54,041 bases of DNA. It comes from a virus (Duplodnaviria; Caudoviricetes). A program made the position numbers and the translations under genes. The stretch covers positions 1 to 54,041 of IMG/VR virus record IMGVR_UViG_3300005914_000010. One strand, written 5' to 3'. Below, in pieces: positions 17,522 to 26,741 of this stretch. The notes below the pieces were generated by a model. The model saw only the letters and a program-made list of their open reading frames with translations. It ran no database searches and was not told the origin of the DNA. How positions within the stretch are numbered: position 1 is the stretch's first letter; each line of letters starts with the position of its first letter.

Positions 17522-18543
17522 CCCCACCCGAAGAGTTCGACACTCTATTGTTAGATGGTGATCTGTTATTATTCTCAAGTTGCGCTGCTATTGAATATGG
17601 CAACGAACCTGAGAACGTGCAGTTCAACCAGATTGCTAATAATATGGATGCCCGTATTATGAACATGAAGCGAAGACTTGGTGCTAAACGTATAATTGTA
17701 TTGCTATCTGGTAAGAGGAACTTCAGATTTGTTGTTCAGCCTGACTACAAAGCGAACCGTAAAGATGCTTGGCGACCATTCAATCTTGCCAATGCTGTAG
17801 CATATATGGAGAATCAGTATGAGTGCATCAAAACAGATGGGCTAGAAGCTGATGACTATTGCGCTATACATGGGAGTGAAGATCCAAATAGTGAGTACGG
17901 TGTAACTGTAACATGCACTATTGATAAAGATATTCCTCAGATAAATGGTTGGCACTATAAGTGGGAGACTCAACACGCAGGTGAAAAGTTATTCCACGTT
18001 GGCGGTTATGGTAATCTAAACTGTCAAATTAAGTCAGGTAACAAGAAGAAAATTACTGGCGACGGTAGACGATTCTTCTTCTGGCAACTACTGACAGGTG
18101 ATCCAACAGATGGTATCATGGGTTGCGGCAAGCAGACACGAGGCGTGTATAAAACTGGTAAGAAAGCTGGTGAAGGATACACTAAGCGTGTGGGTGTAGG
18201 TGCTGTACAAGCTTACGAGTTATTACAATATGCACAGACCCCTGCTAAATGTCTACATATCGTTATGGAAGAATACAAGAAAGTATTCAAAGAACAATGG
18301 CAAAGTGAGCTCATTATGAACGGTAGATGTCTACACATGGTAGATACTATTAGTGAAGATGAGAATATGATTCGCCTGTGGACGTGGCATGAAGAAATAA
18401 ACGACAGGTTACTCGCTGCTGAATTTTTAGACCTGACTAAACAGAAAGTATCTGTTGAAACAGTGCTAAAGACATGCAATTATTGCATTGAACAATCATG
18501 GTTCAATATCGACAAACAAGAAATCTGTAGAATGGAGGGGTAG
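17509..18543 (+). CDS. 5'-3' exonuclease (T7 gp6-like)
   Basis: LLDGD, YKANRK, GLEADD, IDKD, GDPTDGI motifs. Confidence 0.92.
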   Translation: MHEMTPPEEFDTLLLDGDLLLFSSCAAIEYGNEPENVQFNQIANNMDARIMNMKRRLGAKRIIVLLSGKRNFRFVVQPDYKANRKDAWRPFNLANAVAYMENQYECIKTDGLEADDYCAIHGSEDPNSEYGVTVTCTIDKDIPQINGWHYKWETQHAGEKLFHVGGYGNLNCQIKSGNKKKITGDGRRFFFWQLLTGDPTDGIMGCGKQTRGVYKTGKKAGEGYTKRVGVGAVQAYELLQYAQTPAKCLHIVMEEYKKVFKEQWQSELIMNGRCLHMVDTISEDENMIRLWTWHEEINDRLLAAEFLDLTKQKVSVETVLKTCNYCIEQSWFNIDKQEICRMEG

Positions 18544-18545
18544 AT

Positions 18546-18788
18546 ATGTTTTTCGTAGTGCACCATCATATAGATCATGATAAATGTAAAGAAATAATAG
18601 CCTTCAGAACAAGGGTAGAATGCGAAGAAGCAATTGGAAATAACGAGTCTACTATCGTAATAGATGCTATAGTAAATTCCTATAATCCAGAAGATATGTT
18701 CAAATTGGGTGGCCTACTGGAGGGCGAAGCTATACCGATGCAACACATATTAAACTTAATAAAGGGACAAGATGTACGGGTGGTGTAA
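18546..18788 (+). CDS. hypothetical protein
   Basis: GGAGG SD. Confidence 0.7.
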   Translation: MFFVVHHHIDHDKCKEIIAFRTRVECEEAIGNNESTIVIDAIVNSYNPEDMFKLGGLLEGEAIPMQHILNLIKGQDVRVV

Positions 18789-19296
18789 GACAGATAAGAT
18801 GTTTGCTAAATGGCTCCAAGGAACTATACGTAAAACATTCTCGAAGCACCCAGCCAGACTAGCCCTGATAGAGAGAAAAAGGTATCAAGCGTTCAATAAA
18901 AATACTGGACGCAAATGCTACCACATAGATTGCGAGAAATGCAACACGTCGATACCTATGGGTAAAGGCGGTGGGACAATAGAAGTTAACCATAAGAACA
19001 CCGTTGGTGGTTTTAAGGATCTTGATGTAGAGAAATTTAAAATATTTGTGGTTAACTTACTACTGGTTAGGGAAGATGAATTAGAATTGTTATGCAGGAG
19101 ATGTCACGGTATAGTAACATATAGCGAGAGATCCGGAATGACAATTGAAGAATCAGCAATTGAGAAGAGAGTTATTAAATTCTGTTCACGACCAGCTGTT
19201 GAACAGAAGAGGCGATTAATTATCGCTGGTATGGAACCGGAAGCAACTGTAGCGAAACGACGTATACAGTTACGTAACTATTTAAGAAACAAATAA
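18772..19296 (+). CDS. HNH/zinc-finger endonuclease
   Basis: CEKC ... EVNH ... LLCRRCH pattern. Confidence 0.75.
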   Translation: MYGWCKTDKMFAKWLQGTIRKTFSKHPARLALIERKRYQAFNKNTGRKCYHIDCEKCNTSIPMGKGGGTIEVNHKNTVGGFKDLDVEKFKIFVVNLLLVREDELELLCRRCHGIVTYSERSGMTIEESAIEKRVIKFCSRPAVEQKRRLIIAGMEPEATVAKRRIQLRNYLRNK

Positions 19297-19300
19297 ACAA

Positions 19301-19390
19301 TGCAGTGTCAGGTGAGGCATTCTATGACGTGGTATCGTTCACGGTAGGATTAGTATCGATACGCTGTGGGGCTCGAACCCCACCACTGCG
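19301..19390 (+). ncRNA. degenerate tRNA-like element
   Basis: TGCAGTG/CACTGCG acceptor-like helix stacked on GTGGGG-CTCGAA-CCCCAC; no canonical D or anticodon arm, no CCA. Confidence 0.35.
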
Positions 19391-19412
19391 CTTAACATCT
19401 AGGAGAACCAAG

Positions 19413-19742
19413 ATGACAAGTGAAACAAGATTAGGAATAATAGAACCATATGAACATCAATGTGGAAACATAGATAGAATAAAAGAATCTGTAAACGAAT
19501 CAGAAAAATTTTGCAAACAAGCGATACTTGCAATAGAGAGTCAGACTGTAATTCAGGCTAACAGAGAAGCATGCCACAGACTGAATGGAATAGAAGAAGA
19601 TATTGAAGAATTAAGAACTGCAATAGAACAAGTGCGTCAATGGGGCGAGCAGTGGAAAAGTCTAGCAAAAGAGTTAATAGACGAATTCAAACCAGAATTG
19701 CTAAAAGAAGAATTAGAATTTGACGATGATATACCCTTCTAA
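19413..19742 (+). CDS. hypothetical coiled-coil protein with SSB-like DDDIPF tail
   Basis: AGGAG SD before ATG 19413; C-terminus FDDDIPF. Confidence 0.75.
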   Translation: MTSETRLGIIEPYEHQCGNIDRIKESVNESEKFCKQAILAIESQTVIQANREACHRLNGIEEDIEELRTAIEQVRQWGEQWKSLAKELIDEFKPELLKEELEFDDDIPF

Positions 19743-19771
19743 ATTAATAAATAACATTTAAGAGAACTAAA

Positions 19772-20269
19772 ATGGACATAGAAAACATATTAGAAAGTGG
19801 TGGAGTAATGCGCTACCACGCAACACCCTGTATACCTAATCAGTCATTAGCAGATCATCAGTGGCGTGTTGGATTATTACTCAAGCATTTTTACCCGAAC
19901 ATGGGACCACATGTATTAGTAGCAGCATTGACACACGATAGCGCAGAGATGCAGACTGGGGATACACCCTCTTATGCAAAGAAAGCTGAGCCTGCTTTGA
20001 AGAGAATTCTGGACAAAATGGAAGATGAAATTGCAGCTGAATGGGGCATACTTTCCAACTTGAATATAACAGAAAAAATTGCTTTGAAGTACTGCGACGT
20101 AATAGAAGGCTTACTATATTGTCACAATCAAGTAATAAGTGGCAATAGAAAAGCAATAAAAGTATTTGATAATTGGGTTATTTACTATCATTCATTGAAT
20201 GTAGACGGTAGACACTTACATATCAAATTTGTAACTGAGAAAGCACTGGAGGTGGATGATGTTCGGTAA
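19772..20269 (+). CDS. HD-domain phosphohydrolase (YfbR-like 5'-deoxynucleotidase family)
   Basis: RYH, QSLADH, THDSAE..GD, KYCD..E motifs. Confidence 0.88.
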   Translation: MDIENILESGGVMRYHATPCIPNQSLADHQWRVGLLLKHFYPNMGPHVLVAALTHDSAEMQTGDTPSYAKKAEPALKRILDKMEDEIAAEWGILSNLNITEKIALKYCDVIEGLLYCHNQVISGNRKAIKVFDNWVIYYHSLNVDGRHLHIKFVTEKALEVDDVR

Positions 20270-21155
20270 ACCAATGAAGGCCTTACATCTTCATTTAGAA
20301 GAAGATAAGAAGAAACCCAAGCATATGGGAGAAAACTACGCTGTCATGGAAAAATATGATGGTTGGTTTATGTATAACGACTGTATAGATGGAGAGTGGC
20401 AAGGTATACGGTCCAAAACAGGGCGTGTACTGCCTAGTATGGCTAAGTACTCAAAACTCTTTACAGAATTAGATTACCCCACTATAAACCTACGATTGAT
20501 ATTTGAAGCGGTCATACCCCAAGATGGCTCTCCACGTGGCTACATGGTATTCGAAGATTGTAACGGTAAGTTCAATCAGCAGAAATACACACTACAGAAT
20601 GTCCATCTAAAAGTGCATGACGTACTATTAGAAGGTCGCAACCCAGCGTTCGGGAATCGATGGAACACACTTTATAAGTTATTCCAAAGATGGACGCGTA
20701 CAGATGCAGTTGAATGGTTACATCAAGTGCAAATTCTGGATCGTTCTAGTCACAAAGAAGATTGGATGAACCAATACAATTATATTATAGAAAACAAAGG
20801 TGAAGGGATAATACTCAAGCGCATAGAAGGCCGGTACGAAGCAGGTAAACGCAACTTTAACTTGATGAAAATTAAATGCGAACTAACTCTAGACTTACTA
20901 GTAGTAGGAATCGTAGAAGGCAAAGGCAAGTATGCTGGCACTCTAGGGAACCTTGTAGTGAAAGACAAGAACGGTGTGTTGAACAACATATCTGGAATGT
21001 CGGACCAACAGAGAATGCTATGGTACGCGACACCAAGTTTAATAGTGAACCAGATAGTTGAAGCAAAAGCAATGAAGCGTTACCCTGATGGTAGACTACG
21101 TGAAGGACGTTTCAAGGCAGTACGTCACGATAAGAATATTGGAGATATCGACTGA
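20256..21155 (+). CDS. ATP-dependent DNA ligase
   Basis: EKYDG adenylation motif, EGIILK, MKIK, OB-fold GKGKYAGTLG. Confidence 0.93.
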   Translation: MMFGKPMKALHLHLEEDKKKPKHMGENYAVMEKYDGWFMYNDCIDGEWQGIRSKTGRVLPSMAKYSKLFTELDYPTINLRLIFEAVIPQDGSPRGYMVFEDCNGKFNQQKYTLQNVHLKVHDVLLEGRNPAFGNRWNTLYKLFQRWTRTDAVEWLHQVQILDRSSHKEDWMNQYNYIIENKGEGIILKRIEGRYEAGKRNFNLMKIKCELTLDLLVVGIVEGKGKYAGTLGNLVVKDKNGVLNNISGMSDQQRMLWYATPSLIVNQIVEAKAMKRYPDGRLREGRFKAVRHDKNIGDID

Positions 21156-21748
21156 TGAGAATTAGGACAATAGCAGTATTACTTAATGGACCACCTGGAA
21201 TTGGGAAAGATACTCTGGCGGATGGACTAATGGAAATAGATAGTTCTATTAAGAAAATGGAATACAAGAGGGGTCTTAGAGTAGCAACTGCAAAACGTTA
21301 TTTTGTTGACCAAGAGATAGCTGACTTCTTATTCGCACACAGAAGATTAAAAGATAGAGAGAGCCGCCTATTTGGGTGTAGCCCTAGAGCTGCCCTAATA
21401 GAGACAGATACTTACTTAAAGAATAAACATGGCCACTCTATGGTAGGAAAATGGGCTGCGAAAGCAGTGGCATTAGAGATACAAAACGGACATAAATATT
21501 TTGTATTCTCAGACTCTGGATTCTTGCCTGAAGCAGAAATGGTGGCATTGGAAGTGGATTTCTTAGTAGTAGTAAACTTATTACACAAGGATTTTAACTT
21601 CAATGGTGACTCAAGAAACTATATAAAAATGAATGGTATAAATTCTTGTACAGTTCAATTCCATAGAACAGATGAACAGATAGACCTAGATGTCAAAAGA
21701 TTGAACGGTTTAATTAGCGATGCCCTATGGGAGAATCGTAATACATAA
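21155..21748 (+). CDS. deoxynucleoside monophosphate kinase
   Basis: P-loop NGPPGIGKDT; SDSGFxxE motif. Confidence 0.85.
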   Translation: MRIRTIAVLLNGPPGIGKDTLADGLMEIDSSIKKMEYKRGLRVATAKRYFVDQEIADFLFAHRRLKDRESRLFGCSPRAALIETDTYLKNKHGHSMVGKWAAKAVALEIQNGHKYFVFSDSGFLPEAEMVALEVDFLVVVNLLHKDFNFNGDSRNYIKMNGINSCTVQFHRTDEQIDLDVKRLNGLISDALWENRNT

Positions 21749-21757
21749 GGGTAATAA

Positions 21758-22789
21758 ATGAGAAATTTTAGCGAACAAATACAAGAAAAAGTACTTAGGT
21801 GTAATATACTGACCCCAGTTGAGGGTCATATAGTTGACTATCCTCACTACGGTGAAATAGCCGACAAACAGTTTAGTATCTTATGGCCATGGGATGAGCC
21901 GAAAGTCGAGAATGATATTCAAGATCTTAAAGTCAATATGACTGGTTCTGAATATTTTGCAACGACATTTCAACTGAAATTATTCAACAAGTACGAGCAA
22001 GTTGCAGGCCAAGATTACTGGACTGGGAAGTTCATGGAGATGTTCCCTAGACCAGAGATGCAGAGAATGGCTGCACTAAATGGAGCTGTTGAACTGAATT
22101 CCCATGAACCTTTTTATGACCAAGTAAACACTGTATTACATTTGGATACTCCAGAATTTTACGAGAGCTGGAAACAATCAGAGATTCTAGTTGAGCGAAT
22201 GAAATTCATAGGTAAATACGTAGGGCATTCGAACTACTTATTATCCACTGGGGCTTTTACATTTGTAGAAGGCGCTATACTATACACATCATTTGGTTAC
22301 CTAAAACACTTCCAAGCTGAAGAGTACGGTAAGAATCTAATTGTAAACACATGTCGTGGCATAAATCAATCAACGGCAGATGAAAATATTCATGCGATTG
22401 GTAGCGCAATGGCTTTCAGAGATTTAATGCATGAGTCAAAACTTAATGAAGAAGAGACGAAATACATTGAAAATAAAATGCGGGAAATCGCACTGGAAGT
22501 ATACAGGCATGAAGAAGCAATAGTAGAAATAATGTACTCCGAGGGTGAAATACCCCGTCTAAACCGAGATAGCCTTAAAGACTTTGCTAAACATAGATGT
22601 AACATATGTCTTAATATGTTGGGATTTGGACCAGTATTTGATGAAAGCGAGTGTGACACCACTATAGCATCATGGTTCTACAAAAATATAAACAGTGTAC
22701 AACTTCATGATTTCTTCACTGCGCATGGGTCTGAATATAACGGGCACTGGGACAGAAAGAAGTTCGGGAAAGTTTGGGAAATTAAATAA
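21758..22789 (+). CDS. nrdB: ribonucleotide reductase class Ia beta subunit
   Basis: WPWDE, ELNSH..Y, VEG, DENIH di-iron motifs; DFF near the C-terminus. Confidence 0.92.
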   Translation: MRNFSEQIQEKVLRCNILTPVEGHIVDYPHYGEIADKQFSILWPWDEPKVENDIQDLKVNMTGSEYFATTFQLKLFNKYEQVAGQDYWTGKFMEMFPRPEMQRMAALNGAVELNSHEPFYDQVNTVLHLDTPEFYESWKQSEILVERMKFIGKYVGHSNYLLSTGAFTFVEGAILYTSFGYLKHFQAEEYGKNLIVNTCRGINQSTADENIHAIGSAMAFRDLMHESKLNEEETKYIENKMREIALEVYRHEEAIVEIMYSEGEIPRLNRDSLKDFAKHRCNICLNMLGFGPVFDESECDTTIASWFYKNINSVQLHDFFTAHGSEYNGHWDRKKFGKVWEIK

Positions 22790-24489
22790 TGAAAGAAGAG
22801 AAGTCATCATTCGAGAAGATGAGTGCACGTAGGAAAGAACTAGTGGAACTAGGAGAAGTACCAGATTGGTATACTACTCAAGGGTTACAAATGTTCGAAA
22901 AGAAATATTCTTACAATAACGAAACAGTCAAAGGTGCATTCAAAAGAATATCTAACGCCATAGGTGAACACTACACACCAGACAAGGAGCTTGCTAAGTT
23001 AAAGTTTATGCGTCTGTTATGGAAAGGTAACTTAGGGCCTTCTACACCGGTGATGGCTAACTCTGGAACAGAGAGAGGCCAGACAGTATCTTGTGCTGGT
23101 AGTTATATGGAAGATAGTATACATGGCTTCTACAGTGCTCACCTAGAAAACGCAGTACTGTCACAAGAAGGCTACGGTACAAGCTCTTACATGGGTGACA
23201 TACGACCGAGAGGTAGTCTAATAAGCCGTGGAGGTAAAGCCTCTGGATCTGTACCAATATTCCAAGATGCTATACGAGTGGCAAGCACTGTGTCACAAGG
23301 TGGGGTGAGGCGAGGCCAATGGGCTGGTTACACTGATATGGGTCATGGTGACTTTTGGGAGCTGCAAGGCTACGTACAGAAGAACTCATCTGAGGCCAAC
23401 ATTGGGTATAACTTCACCGACGAGTTTATAGAGTTGTTGAAACAAGATGACCCTGAAGCTGTTAAACGTTGGGATGAATGGTTATTCACTAGATGTAAGA
23501 CTGGCAAAGGTTATATGTGGAAACCTGACACTGCCAACCGAAGAACAACTCAAGCCATAAAGAACTCCGGCATACCGATCAAAGGTTCCAATCTATGTGT
23601 AGAGATAGCGTTACCACAAGACTGTCTACATACATTCACATGTGTGATCAGTAGTTTAAATCTTGCTAACTGGGATAACTTTGATGACGACACAATATAC
23701 TGGGCACTAATATTTCTAGATTGTGTAGTATCGGATATGCTAGAGCAAGCTAAAGGTGTTAGAGGTATGGAGAACGCTGTAAGATTCACTGAAAAGGCTA
23801 GAGCACTTGGGCTAGGTGTAATGGGTTACCATACTTACTTACAGAAGAAAATGATAGCCTTTGAATCATTCGAAGCGCATATGTTAAACATGCAGATATT
23901 TAAGAAGATACAATCAGAATCTGAGAGAGCAAGCAGAGATCTAGCAGCGCTATTAGGGGAACCTGAATGGTGTAAAGGGCTAGGTGTACGTAACTCTACT
24001 TGGACAACAATACCACCTACAATGAGTAGTGCTTTACTGTGTGGCTCTGTATCTCAAGGCATTGAACCTATAGTAGCAAACGCATTCAATCAGAATACAG
24101 CTGCTGGTGAAATGACTAGGATGAACCCTGAATTAATACGTGTATTAAAGCAAAAAGGTGAATACAATCTTGAACTGATGGATGACATAGCAATCAACCA
24201 TAGCGGCTCTGTACAACACTTAGAATTCTTAGATGACAATGAGAAGGCAATATTTAAAACTGCTTTTGAAATAGATCAGATGGCAGTCTTAAGAAAAGCA
24301 AGTGCTAGATCACCCTTCATATGTCAATGGCAATCATTGAACTTATTCTTCAGTGCCGATGAAGATGAAGAATACATCGCTGAAATACACAAGACTGCGT
24401 TACTAGACGAAAAGATACTAGGTTTATATTACCTGAGATCTGAACGTGGGGTTAAAGCCTCGAAGAATTCCTGTGTAGCATGTGAATAA
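22789..24489 (+). CDS. nrdA: ribonucleotide reductase class Ia alpha subunit
   Basis: STP, VSC, QGGVRRG, SNLCVEI, GLGVMG, PT, LYY, C-terminal CVACE. Confidence 0.95.
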   Translation: MKEEKSSFEKMSARRKELVELGEVPDWYTTQGLQMFEKKYSYNNETVKGAFKRISNAIGEHYTPDKELAKLKFMRLLWKGNLGPSTPVMANSGTERGQTVSCAGSYMEDSIHGFYSAHLENAVLSQEGYGTSSYMGDIRPRGSLISRGGKASGSVPIFQDAIRVASTVSQGGVRRGQWAGYTDMGHGDFWELQGYVQKNSSEANIGYNFTDEFIELLKQDDPEAVKRWDEWLFTRCKTGKGYMWKPDTANRRTTQAIKNSGIPIKGSNLCVEIALPQDCLHTFTCVISSLNLANWDNFDDDTIYWALIFLDCVVSDMLEQAKGVRGMENAVRFTEKARALGLGVMGYHTYLQKKMIAFESFEAHMLNMQIFKKIQSESERASRDLAALLGEPEWCKGLGVRNSTWTTIPPTMSSALLCGSVSQGIEPIVANAFNQNTAAGEMTRMNPELIRVLKQKGEYNLELMDDIAINHSGSVQHLEFLDDNEKAIFKTAFEIDQMAVLRKASARSPFICQWQSLNLFFSADEDEEYIAEIHKTALLDEKILGLYYLRSERGVKASKNSCVACE

Positions 24490-24498
24490 GGAGAAATC

Positions 24499-24963
24499 AT
24501 GTCTGAACAATGGAAGGTAATGAAGAATGGCAGATTTAGTGTATCTTCAAAGGGTAAAGTCTATAACTGGATGAAAGATAGATTTGTGATACAATGGCAA
24601 TCCAACGGATATAACAGAGTATCGCTACAGATAGAAGTTAACAAGAGGAAAAAATATTCTGTTGCTAGACTAGTAGCACTGGCCTTCTTACCTAATCCAT
24701 TGAAACTGAAAACAGTCGATCACATAAACGGAATAAGAAATGATAACCGTATTGAGAATTTACAATGGCTATCCCGTGGTGACAATGTTATAAAAGAGCA
24801 AGCAGGGTATTATTCATTAGTAGATCCTAAAGGTAGAACCATTGAGATATTTAATATGGAGGAGTTCTGTAGAAATAATAATCTTGATTCTGCTAATATA
24901 CATAGAGTGATGAAGAGCAGGCAAACTCATCATAGAGGGTGGACTAAATGTCAGAATATATAG
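24499..24963 (+). CDS. free-standing HNH homing endonuclease (NUMOD4-type)
   Basis: VSSKGKV, RLVALAFLPNP, VDHINGIRNDNRIENLQW. Confidence 0.9.
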   Translation: MSEQWKVMKNGRFSVSSKGKVYNWMKDRFVIQWQSNGYNRVSLQIEVNKRKKYSVARLVALAFLPNPLKLKTVDHINGIRNDNRIENLQWLSRGDNVIKEQAGYYSLVDPKGRTIEIFNMEEFCRNNNLDSANIHRVMKSRQTHHRGWTKCQNI

Positions 24964-25838
24964 ACGAACAGTATGACAAGTTCTTAACAAACTGTATGAT
25001 ACAGAATTACGGGGACTTGTTGAAGGTAAGCAGATCTAGAGGCATAAATAGGACTCTCCCATTATTGAGAAATTACTTAATTGGGAATAATAAAGTAAGG
25101 GAAGAATACCTTTTCGCAATAAGAAGCGAGATGGAAGGTCAGAATATACTTGACCACAAGGTCTTGAATTCAATCATTGATGCACAGTTGAAATCTTTCA
25201 CCGAGGGTGAGAAGAAGAATAACAAGATGTACTCCGATGAGATAAAGAAAATCATAACTGAAGGTGACGCTGAAAAGAATGCAGATGGTACCGTAAGGGT
25301 AGCCAACTCAGACAAGAAAGCTCCATCATTAGTAGATAAAATTATCAAAGACCCTCTACTCGTGGATTATACTAAAGTAACAACCGAAGATGCTAACGCT
25401 GTTCGGGATATACTTATGAATGATAAAGACGGTTTTGAACAGTTTAGTAAATGGTGCTTCCAGATTCAAATGAATTTTAAATTCCAGCATCAAGACTTTC
25501 ATTCAGTCATATTCGAGTTCTGTCAGAAAATAGTGCATGGAGAAATAGACAGAGGTATTGTAACGATACCACCGCGACACTCAAAGACGCAAATACTATC
25601 TATATTCTTACCATTGTATTCGTTCTGTTATAATCCAACAAGTCATAATATTATCACATCCTATGCTGATGATGTTGTTCAAGAATCTAGTGGCTATATC
25701 AGGCAAGTGATGACTGATAACTTATTTCAGAAGATATTTCCAACTGTGAGAATTGATCCAAATAAGCGTTCACTAGAACGTTGGGGAACAACCAAAGCGG
25801 GTGTAATGCATGCAGTGCCAACTGGCGGTAAAATGACT
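24948..25838 (+). CDS. terL: terminase large subunit, exon 1 (297 codons)
   Basis: Walker A PPRHSKT; ends ...GGKMT at the group I 5' splice site. Confidence 0.9.
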
Positions 25839-26741
25839 CAACCTTCGGGTCATTTAAAACTTACTTAATTCGGTGAATCTCTCAACACGTAGTGGTGGAG
25901 ACAATACCGAGCTAGGATTCTTTATACGATTATCGAAACCGAGTGTAACGACTATCCCGCAAGGGAGTAAGGCTCAAGTGAGCTTGAAACAGTAAGATTA
26001 GTATGAATCTAATAAGATATAGTCTAATCTTCATAGAAATATGGAGGCTTTATGCTTAAATACAATATAATAAATACGGGTGACATCTTGGAGAATAATC
26101 AAGGTGTAGAGTTGATAGTGTTAGAAATAAAAAGAGCACCAAAAAGGTGTGTAATAGAATTTACTAAAACTAAGACTAAAAAAGAAGTGGCCTTTCAACA
26201 CTTGAGATATGGGAAAGCTAAAGACCCCTATCATAAAGTACGATACGGAGTAGCGTGTTTAGGTAACCCACCGAAATACGCTGTAGAAGATTATAGGCGC
26301 TGGGATAATATGATTGAAAGATGTTATAACGAGCGTGGGCAATACACGAGTTACGAAGGAGCGACTGTCTGTGAGAGATGGTTGTGCTTCGAATACTTCC
26401 TTGAAGATTTGAAAAATATGAATGGTTATGGATTACCCAATAGACATTTAGATAAAGACCTCAAATCTCACAAGAAAATATATAGCTTGGAGAACTGTCA
26501 ATTAATAAATAATCAAGAAAACTCAAGTCATGGAAAGTTCCAAGAACAGCATCAATGGGTAGCAACCAGTGGAGGAGGTACAGTTATAAAAGCTGCAACA
26601 TCCTCAGAGTTAGGAAGATTACTACAATGTGCTGCAAGTACCATTAGGCAGAAAATGACTGATGGCTACTTAGTAAAAGGTTCTTGGAAAATAACACAAG
26701 CATAAACAGTCAAGAGTCACGAACTTGATTTAATATAAATG
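25839..26741 (+). mobile_element. group I self-splicing intron (903 nt)
   Basis: P1 AAATGACT/GGTCATTT with U-G at the splice site; core elements AATTCGGTGAA, AATACCGAGC, AACGACTA, AAGATATAGTC; terminal G; splicing restores GGKMT-GKGAG in frame. Confidence 0.92.
26052..26705 (+). CDS. intron-encoded HNH-like homing endonuclease
   Basis: YRRWDNMIERCY, VCERW..FEYF..D, LDKD..YSLENC; lies downstream of the intron core (P9 region). Confidence 0.85.
   Translation: MLKYNIINTGDILENNQGVELIVLEIKRAPKRCVIEFTKTKTKKEVAFQHLRYGKAKDPYHKVRYGVACLGNPPKYAVEDYRRWDNMIERCYNERGQYTSYEGATVCERWLCFEYFLEDLKNMNGYGLPNRHLDKDLKSHKKIYSLENCQLINNQENSSHGKFQEQHQWVATSGGGTVIKAATSSELGRLLQCAASTIRQKMTDGYLVKGSWKITQA

Noticed and set aside
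19301-19390. Canonical or opal-suppressor tRNA (TTCA in a loop)
   Set aside because: T-loop is 6 nt, and there is no proper D-arm or 7-nt anticodon loop; kept only as tRNA-like
19772-20269. DatZ and a Z-base (2-aminoadenine) genome system
   Set aside because: An HD hydrolase is present but there is no PurZ or MazZ gene in the window
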